DNA from: a virus
Lineage: Duplodnaviria > Heunggongvirae > Uroviricota > Caudoviricetes
Virus record (IMG/VR): IMGVR_UViG_3300029288_007064
Length of the DNA: 15,868 nt
Direction: 5' to 3' (one strand)
Below the pieces are notes generated by a model. That model saw nothing but the letters and a program-made list of their open reading frames with translations, was not told where the DNA came from and searched no databases. The translations under genes and the position numbers were made by a program. Within the stretch, counting starts at the first letter, position 1; each line of letters begins with the position of its first letter. Shown here in pieces: positions 8,082 to 14,048 of the stretch.

Positions 8082-10117
8082 TTTATCACCGTCATAATAT
8101 TTTTCCTAAATATAAATACTATTGCAATAATTACTATTCCTACACCAACAATTATTAGTAGAGTATTCATCGAAAGCAATCCTTCTTGCGGACCAACGTT
8201 TGAAGGTGTTTCTCCTACTCCACTTGTTTGCGTTTCTTCTTCTGTCGAGGAAGGAGTTGTAATACTATCTGCAACTATTTGCGATACTGAAGGTGTAGAA
8301 CTTATGAATTCATAGTCTTCTGTTATTTCTTGTGAATTTCCAAAAGAATCTATCAAATAACCATACTCCGCAACGTATTTACAATATGGTGAAGAAAGCC
8401 ATATTTGGTGTGTTTTGTTTTCTGGAATAAATAGCATGTTATCTGCAATATAGTTCTTTATTCCAGTTTGCTTATTTAGTTCTTTGCAATGTTTTTCTCC
8501 AGCATCGTTTCTTGGATCTACTTCACTTTCTATATAACTATTTCCTGAAGTTCCGTCTTCTCTTTGATAATTCGAAGTTGAATACTCTTCTAAATCAATA
8601 ATTTCACAATCCGATTCAAATATATTGTGTAATGCCGTGTTTTCATCTGATTCTAATGTAGAATCTTTATATTGGTTTGGACAAATCCATTCGCAACCAT
8701 ATTGCGTATATACTGCTACGTGCTGCGCGCTTGGCTTATTTTTATCGCAGAACGGAAGTATTTTTATTCTAACTTCTTTTGTGTCTTTTTGGTCTGGGTC
8801 TGTAACAGAAGATACTTGAACGGTATAGGTTTTAATAATTCCGGTTCCTTGGAAAAACACATCTACAGATTGCGTTTCACCGGAAGCAAGCGTTACTCTC
8901 TTGCTTACTGTTGCGATATCTGAACCACCAAGTAGAGCAATATCAACCGCACCACTTACATTTGCATTATTCTTCACTATTACGGTTATTTTGTTATTTG
9001 CAGATGGTGTGTAATCAGAAGCAACTGTTACATTAACTATTTCAGGTATAGCAACAGGTACGGTTATTCCAAGTGTTCCTTGCGATAATATTATTGTAGT
9101 TTCTGGAATAACTGCTTGCGTTTTTGGTACGCATCTTATTTTAGTTGAAAATCCATCCGACGTTGCATTATCGCAATTATAAAATTCTGCTGCGTGCGTT
9201 GTTGGTATTTGTGCTAGAGCAGATTGGCAGGATTGAACTCCAGATACCGAATTTACGTTTGTACACATTGAAACTACTTGATTTAATATGTATTTATCTT
9301 TTATCTGATAGTTCATTGTATTATATGGTCTCCAAACAGAATAATCTGCTGCCGGAACTGGACAAGTTCTTTGTCCGGTAAGGTATCCTGTAAGTTTAAC
9401 ATACATCACTCCTTCTAATTGCTTTTCTAGTTCTTCTGATGTAACTTCAAGAGATTTTTCTACGCTACCTATTTTTAGAGTTGTATTAATCTTAGTAAAG
9501 AATGTAGTAGAAGAATCTATCAAATGAACTGTTCCTGCTATTGCTGATTTATATGCTGGACATTCACATGTTGCAGATGAATCACAAGCGTTACCAGAGC
9601 TTCCCCAAGAGCTACTTGTAATTGTTCCAGCTAATATTGTATAACCTGTTTTAGCACTACAACCACAAGAAGAGCCTACTGCTGGAGGAGATACTCCGCA
9701 AGAAACTGTTTTTGTCGAAGAAACAACTGTCCAATTCTGTATTATATAAGTAATGTTTGTCACTTGATATTCACATGCTTGCTCAGTTATTCCTTGTTCT
9801 ATTGTAAATGGTTCTGCAACAAGCAATCCGAATTTTTGATATATTAATTCAGGAGTAAATGTTCCTTCTGCATATTGCCCTGAACCATCCACTCTTGTAA
9901 CCATAGTCCAAGAACCATTATTAAATATTGGATTAGTAGATTGATAACTCATTTGGTCAAGTGAAACAACTGTAAATCCAGTTAATGAACCAAGAGGAGT
10001 TGAGATATTAAGATTTGGTGCAAGAACAAGATATGCAATAAGCGATATACATAAAACTAGTCCTACAAGTAAGTAAGGGTTCTTCATTATTTTGTGGAGA
10101 GTTATTGCACCACTCAT
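8078..10117 (-). CDS. Type I membrane glycoprotein, putative class II fusion/fusexin-like protein (paralog B)
   Basis: 679 aa; N-terminal signal/anchor, ~310-aa beta-rich region with a Cys-rich loop, Ig-like domain (GITVPVAIPEIVNV ... ITVIVKNNANVSGAVDI ... VTLASGETQSVDV), Cys module, Ser/Thr/Glu linker, single C-terminal TM plus RK. The CDS is certain; the fusexin call is pattern-based inference. Confidence 0.55.
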   Translation of the reverse strand: MSGAITLHKIMKNPYLLVGLVLCISLIAYLVLAPNLNISTPLGSLTGFTVVSLDQMSYQSTNPIFNNGSWTMVTRVDGSGQYAEGTFTPELIYQKFGLLVAEPFTIEQGITEQACEYQVTNITYIIQNWTVVSSTKTVSCGVSPPAVGSSCGCSAKTGYTILAGTITSSSWGSSGNACDSSATCECPAYKSAIAGTVHLIDSSTTFFTKINTTLKIGSVEKSLEVTSEELEKQLEGVMYVKLTGYLTGQRTCPVPAADYSVWRPYNTMNYQIKDKYILNQVVSMCTNVNSVSGVQSCQSALAQIPTTHAAEFYNCDNATSDGFSTKIRCVPKTQAVIPETTIILSQGTLGITVPVAIPEIVNVTVASDYTPSANNKITVIVKNNANVSGAVDIALLGGSDIATVSKRVTLASGETQSVDVFFQGTGIIKTYTVQVSSVTDPDQKDTKEVRIKILPFCDKNKPSAQHVAVYTQYGCEWICPNQYKDSTLESDENTALHNIFESDCEIIDLEEYSTSNYQREDGTSGNSYIESEVDPRNDAGEKHCKELNKQTGIKNYIADNMLFIPENKTHQIWLSSPYCKYVAEYGYLIDSFGNSQEITEDYEFISSTPSVSQIVADSITTPSSTEEETQTSGVGETPSNVGPQEGLLSMNTLLIIVGVGIVIIAIVFIFRKNIMTVIK

Positions 10118-10389
10118 TATATCACCATTTCAAAAATCCAATATGTTATTCCACAACCTACCAGAGAAACAACTCCACTTATCATATCATTTTTAATATA
10201 ATTTATGCTTGTTAAATAAATTATTACAAAGATAGGAAAGTTCAAAAGAAATGCTAGTGTAAGTAAGTTTGACAATGTTGTATATGGAATATTCAAGAGT
10301 ATAAGCAAAATAGCAAGTATCGGTGCTCCTACTAGGCATATGGTGAAGAACCCAAGTGCTAATTTTTCATACTCTTGCTTCCATTTCAT
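10117..10389 (-). CDS. Small 3-TM membrane protein between the two glycoprotein paralogs
   Basis: 90 aa with three hydrophobic segments; TAATG stop/start overlap with the 679-aa gene. Confidence 0.75.
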   Translation of the reverse strand: MKWKQEYEKLALGFFTICLVGAPILAILLILLNIPYTTLSNLLTLAFLLNFPIFVIIYLTSINYIKNDMISGVVSLVGCGITYWIFEMVI

Positions 10390-10393
10390 TACA

Positions 10394-12487
10394 TCACTTT
10401 TTTACCTTTACCTTACCCTTACCCTTAAAGAACACCAAATATGCTCCCAAGCCAACAACTACGATTACCATAAAACCTACAGCAATCCATAGTAAATTGC
10501 TTAGTAAATCTTGTATTGCACATCCAGCTTCATCTATTGGCTTAGTAATTGCTCTAGTTGGACCACACAATAAATCAAGTGAGCCACATGGTGTTGCATA
10601 TTTTGCTATTATTCCAGCTTTACAAGATGTATCTTCCTCTTCTGTGTCTTTTACACAAACACTTTGTTGTAAAGTATTATTAAATGATTCGTGATATCCA
10701 CCATTGCAATTCCATGCACAATCTGGTTGCTTACCTGTTCCTGTGTATACAGAATATTGAGGTTTAGTTGTGCAATCTTTTCCTTGTTCATAAGGAACGC
10801 AAGTACATGTTTTGGACGTGTCTGGATAATAATTTGCTTGACAATTTGTTAAATCACATTTCCAAGTGCATCCTTCTCCTTGTCCGTACCAAGTCCATTC
10901 TCCTGCTGTTGGAGGGGTAGTTTGTTTGCACAATTCAACTACCTCTGTATTAAATGTACAAGTTCCCGTAGTTGCACCAATACCATTTACTGCTTTAGCT
11001 GAGCACGTACTTTTTCCTGGTTCTGTGCTTAATATATTAAAAGTAAAAGGTGTTATTCCACCATTTCCGTTTACAGTAAGAGTTTTAGAAGTTGTTCCTG
11101 AAGGAGTAACTAAATCACAGTTAATAAATGAAACCGTAACTGCACCAGTATCTCCGGTATTTGTAGCAGTTATCGTAACAGAATCTACATCGTTTTCTAT
11201 TGAATTAAGCGTAGTTGTAGGGCATTTTAAACTAGCTATTGCCACCGGAGTATATATTCCTACATTCTTCGCGTTTAAATCAATAGTAAGCACCGGAATA
11301 GCACCGCTTACATCTCTATCAAAGTATAATACCCCACTAGATACTCTTGATTGCTCTGAAGAGCTAAGAAGTTGTTGTACGGGTTCTAATGTTTTACATT
11401 TTTGCATTGTAGTTCTATAATCTACTATTTCAGTTTGAATATCAGTTAATGTTTTACTTGTTCCATAAGCAAGAGAAGGTTTCGTTTTCCCTGTATATGC
11501 AATCCAAGCATTTGTATTTATAAATCTATTCTTGCCTAATGTGCTATCATAAAAGAAATTTAAATCAGAACCTGGAAGAGCAAATGAAGAAGCATAATTA
11601 ACAAATCCTCCTAGAAGTGATGCTTTTCTTATAATTGTTCCTCCTACGGTTGTTTCGCCATTTTCATCAATAGTAACTTTATTTGCTTGTACTATTTTAT
11701 CGCTAGTAGAATCTATTGTAAAGGAATCCTTAGCAAGACCATTAATATATGCCGTTCCCGTAATTTTTGTAAAATAATAACCATCCTTTCCTGTGAATAT
11801 TGTATCCCTTGATTTTTCATAAACTTTCGCACAAATCCATGTATTAGAATTAGCTTTATATTCTATCATTGTTCCTCCATTAGCATAACAAACGGAATTA
11901 TAATAAGGTTTGCAATCACCGAGTGCTCCATTCAAACTCGCAGGAACACCACCTGAATATGTATGAGCACCACCCAATAAATATGTTCCACACGTTCCTC
12001 CCCAATTAGCTGAATTTAAAGTTACATCTTTATAAGTGATATCATAATCTACTAAATCATAACTAGAACCTGCTACTGCATAAGTATATTTATATCCGTT
12101 TCCATCTAACTTTACTCCTAGAGCAAATTTTTCTTTTGGTTTCGTACTAGTTCCTTCTACATTAACAGTTTTTGCTGTAAAATCGTCTTCATCGGTATAA
12201 ACAGTATCTCCGATTGCCCAATCATCTTGTCCGTTCAATAAAACTTCAACTCTTGCTATATCAACACTATCATCAGCTTCTGCAGAAGTAAAATATTTTA
12301 TTGTAGAAATATCTAAAATTTCAGCACTATTAGAATGTGTATATGGAAGAGTTGTTCCGCCGGTTAAATTTGGAATGGTTATTACATTAGTGAATAGAAG
12401 TGCTGATAAAATGACTATTAAACCAATTCCTAAAAGTAGACTTTCTTTCCCTTTGACTTGTGCTAGTATGTTTGTCATCGCAACCAC
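10394..12487 (-). CDS. Type I membrane glycoprotein, putative class II fusion/fusexin-like protein (paralog A)
   Basis: 697 aa (start may be the ATG at 12478, 5 nt after GGTGG); N-terminal signal/anchor, ~370-aa beta-rich region with loop NWGGTCGTYLLGG, Ig-like domain (LTIDLNAKNVGIYTPVAI ... TITATNTGDTGAVTVSFINC ... STCSAKAVNG ... TCTFNT), Cys modules, C-terminal TM plus KGKGKVKVKK. The CDS is certain; the fusexin call is inference. Confidence 0.6.
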   Translation of the reverse strand: MVAMTNILAQVKGKESLLLGIGLIVILSALLFTNVITIPNLTGGTTLPYTHSNSAEILDISTIKYFTSAEADDSVDIARVEVLLNGQDDWAIGDTVYTDEDDFTAKTVNVEGTSTKPKEKFALGVKLDGNGYKYTYAVAGSSYDLVDYDITYKDVTLNSANWGGTCGTYLLGGAHTYSGGVPASLNGALGDCKPYYNSVCYANGGTMIEYKANSNTWICAKVYEKSRDTIFTGKDGYYFTKITGTAYINGLAKDSFTIDSTSDKIVQANKVTIDENGETTVGGTIIRKASLLGGFVNYASSFALPGSDLNFFYDSTLGKNRFINTNAWIAYTGKTKPSLAYGTSKTLTDIQTEIVDYRTTMQKCKTLEPVQQLLSSSEQSRVSSGVLYFDRDVSGAIPVLTIDLNAKNVGIYTPVAIASLKCPTTTLNSIENDVDSVTITATNTGDTGAVTVSFINCDLVTPSGTTSKTLTVNGNGGITPFTFNILSTEPGKSTCSAKAVNGIGATTGTCTFNTEVVELCKQTTPPTAGEWTWYGQGEGCTWKCDLTNCQANYYPDTSKTCTCVPYEQGKDCTTKPQYSVYTGTGKQPDCAWNCNGGYHESFNNTLQQSVCVKDTEEEDTSCKAGIIAKYATPCGSLDLLCGPTRAITKPIDEAGCAIQDLLSNLLWIAVGFMVIVVVGLGAYLVFFKGKGKVKVKK

Positions 12488-12504
12488 CTTGCTCCTATTT
12501 TATT

Positions 12505-12528
12505 AAAAATAAAAAAAGAAAAAAAGAA
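12505..12528 (-). terminator. Archaeal oligo-U terminator after the 318-aa gene
   Basis: Minus strand reads TTCTTTTTTTCTTTTTTTATTTTT about 12 nt after the TAA at 12540. Confidence 0.7.
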
Positions 12529-12539
12529 TTTGGGGTTAA

Positions 12540-13496
12540 TTACCAAATTCCTATAACGAAGTCGTAGTTGGTTGCACTAACATCCGCAAGGGTATCCGTG
12601 TTCTGATAATCATTGAACACTACACCATTGGATTGCTTTACAAACGTTCCATAATCAATAATTCTTACTGTTACGGTATCGTTCGGGTCTACACCAGCTA
12701 CCGGAGTACAACGCACACCAAGAGTTGCTGCATCATAATGAGTAATGCTATCAATTCCGGTGTCCCAGCACTCTTCGTATCCACTTGCAACGCCTGCGAG
12801 GCTTTGTGTAAGTTTAACTGCACCCGCATTTGTAACTTCGCACCTTGAAAAGTTCAAAGTATCGTAGTTAAAGCACGCTGTGGGGTGTCTATACACTCCT
12901 CTTGCAGTTGCGCCTTCAAGTCTAACTTGGAGTGTTCTTGCTTCATCAGTAGTGAGAAGCTGCCCCATTGAAGTTGCTGCCCAAGATCCACTCGTGGTGT
13001 TCTGACCAGTAACAGTCAAGGTATTAAGTCTGTCTGCATACATCGTCATCTTATAATTTGCGATAGACGGAACAGCCATAACATCAGACTTCACCGTGTA
13101 GTGTGTCGCGTTCTGACCAACGAGGAAGAGTTCTTGTCCAACGTTTGCTGTAGTTGCTCCTTGAATAAACCCTGCCGGAGTAGCAATTATCGTATCAAAC
13201 GGAGTAGTCGAATCCTTGTCGTATACACCTACACTCATACCAATCCTATTTTTAAGACCAGTTGAGTCGGGAATCGTTTCCCTCACTTCCACAAGCAGAT
13301 TAACTCCATTAGACGCATCAAAGAAAGTTTGCGTTGCCGGAATCTCCGTTGTTACTTGCCCCGCCGCAACCTGACCAGGTTGGAGAGCTCCACTTGTAGG
13401 AGTAATTCCGACACCCATAATCATAGCGACAACAACTAAAGCCACTATTCCTAAGAGTCCGAAAAACCCATACATCATCGTTTTTTGGCTTACCAT
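12540..13496 (-). CDS. N-terminally anchored beta-rich protein with high-expression features; candidate major virion/envelope or surface lattice protein
   Basis: 318 aa; single N-terminal TM; strongest RBS in the window (GAGGTGA); visibly more GC-rich with C-ending codons (e.g. AAC TAC GAC TTC near the end); own upstream TATA-like box and downstream U-tract; several sequons. Confidence 0.7.
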   Translation of the reverse strand: MVSQKTMMYGFFGLLGIVALVVVAMIMGVGITPTSGALQPGQVAAGQVTTEIPATQTFFDASNGVNLLVEVRETIPDSTGLKNRIGMSVGVYDKDSTTPFDTIIATPAGFIQGATTANVGQELFLVGQNATHYTVKSDVMAVPSIANYKMTMYADRLNTLTVTGQNTTSGSWAATSMGQLLTTDEARTLQVRLEGATARGVYRHPTACFNYDTLNFSRCEVTNAGAVKLTQSLAGVASGYEECWDTGIDSITHYDAATLGVRCTPVAGVDPNDTVTVRIIDYGTFVKQSNGVVFNDYQNTDTLADVSATNYDFVIGIW

Positions 13497-13503
13497 ATGG
13501 TTT

Positions 13504-13510
13504 TCACCTC
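13504..13510 (-). promoter_or_regulatory. Strong archaeal Shine-Dalgarno GAGGTGA
   Basis: Complementary to the archaeal 16S 3' end (AUCACCUCC), 7 nt upstream of the ATG at 13496. Confidence 0.85.
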
Positions 13511-13532
13511 ATTTCAAATTATCTACCTTCAA

Positions 13533-13581
13533 CGACGATAAGTTTGGTTTCTTACCGTCGAGGAGCAGGGGTTTAAACCCC
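13533..13581 (-). promoter_or_regulatory. Two stem-loops in the probable 5' leader of the 318-aa gene
   Basis: Perfect palindrome GGGGTTTAAACCCC at 13568-13581; minus-strand hairpin CGACGGTAAG-AAACCAAA-CTTATCGTCG at 13560-13533 (10-bp stem with one G-U pair). Confidence 0.6.
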
Positions 13582-13616
13582 GATTAATAGATAATTGATA
13601 AAAGAAGCGGGGCAAG

Positions 13617-13627
13617 TTATTTATAAA
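13617..13627 (-). promoter_or_regulatory. TATA-box-like element TTTATAAATAA, probable promoter of the structural operon
   Basis: Palindromic TTTATAAA at 13620-13627, about 120 nt upstream of the ATG at 13496; the upstream BRE match is poor. Confidence 0.45.
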
Positions 13628-13757
13628 GGGTGCGGTTTTTAAAAAAAAACTCATGGTATTAAATACTAGTTAGGTGCATATACTACTTTCCGGCATTTTT
13701 CTAGTTCACGACGTATCACCGTCGTTAAAATCAAAAATTATAATTCATGTAATAACA

Positions 13758-13991
13758 AGTTATAGAAAACGGTAAATAAAAAGTGGATTCTAACGACGTG
13801 AAATGATACAAAAATAAAAAATTTAACGACGATAATCAGAACTATTAAATACTTCCTAAAAATAAGAGTTATAGAAAGTGGATGGATGGTAAATAACGCG
13901 ATGTAGCACACCAAAACCCGCACAAGCAAGGATTTTTGGAAAAAGGGTGGGTTAAACTAGAAAATAGGGCGGAAGAAAGAGTTATAGAAAG
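13758..13991. repeat. Three direct repeats AGTTATAGAAA at ~110-bp spacing
   Basis: Copies at 13758-13768, 13867-13877 and 13980-13990 (spacing 109 and 113); the last two extend to AGAGTTATAGAAAG. Confidence 0.85.
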
Positions 13992-14048
13992 CGGTTATTC
14001 ACTATTTACCTCGCTTTAGTTATTTCTAAAATTAAGCAAACACCGTTT

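Larger units (their letters stand above)
13531..13835. repeat. Dispersed (A)ACGACG motif, six copies in both orientations including a dyad
   Basis: 13531-13541 and 13825-13835 (identical AACGACGATAA), 13556-13560 (minus, CGACG core), 13708-13713, 13720-13726 (minus), 13792-13798; ACGACG-N6-CGTCGT dyad at 13708-13725. Confidence 0.8.

Noticed and set aside
8078-12487. Direct assignment to Pleolipoviridae spike proteins
   Set aside because: Overall membrane-virus logic is similar, but the ectodomains are beta-rich and Cys-rich with an Ig-like domain at the class II DIII position, there are two paralogs, and the proteome is not acidic; cannot be supported without a search.
13533-13581. tRNA or attachment-site remnant
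   Set aside because: Two hairpins only; no cloverleaf, T-loop consensus or CCA end, and no second copy in the window.
13706-13720. GGTGA followed by GTG inside the dyad as a possible gene start
   Set aside because: The frame closes after two codons (GTG AAC TAG).
13738-13929. 63-aa minus-strand ORF in the intergenic region
   Set aside because: No RBS, low-complexity hydrophobic translation expected from AT-rich DNA, and it overlaps the repeat motifs; more likely non-coding.
13758-13991. CRISPR array interpretation of the AGTTATAGAAA repeats
   Set aside because: Repeats are only 11-14 bp with ~100-bp gaps, outside CRISPR dimensions, and no cas genes are present.
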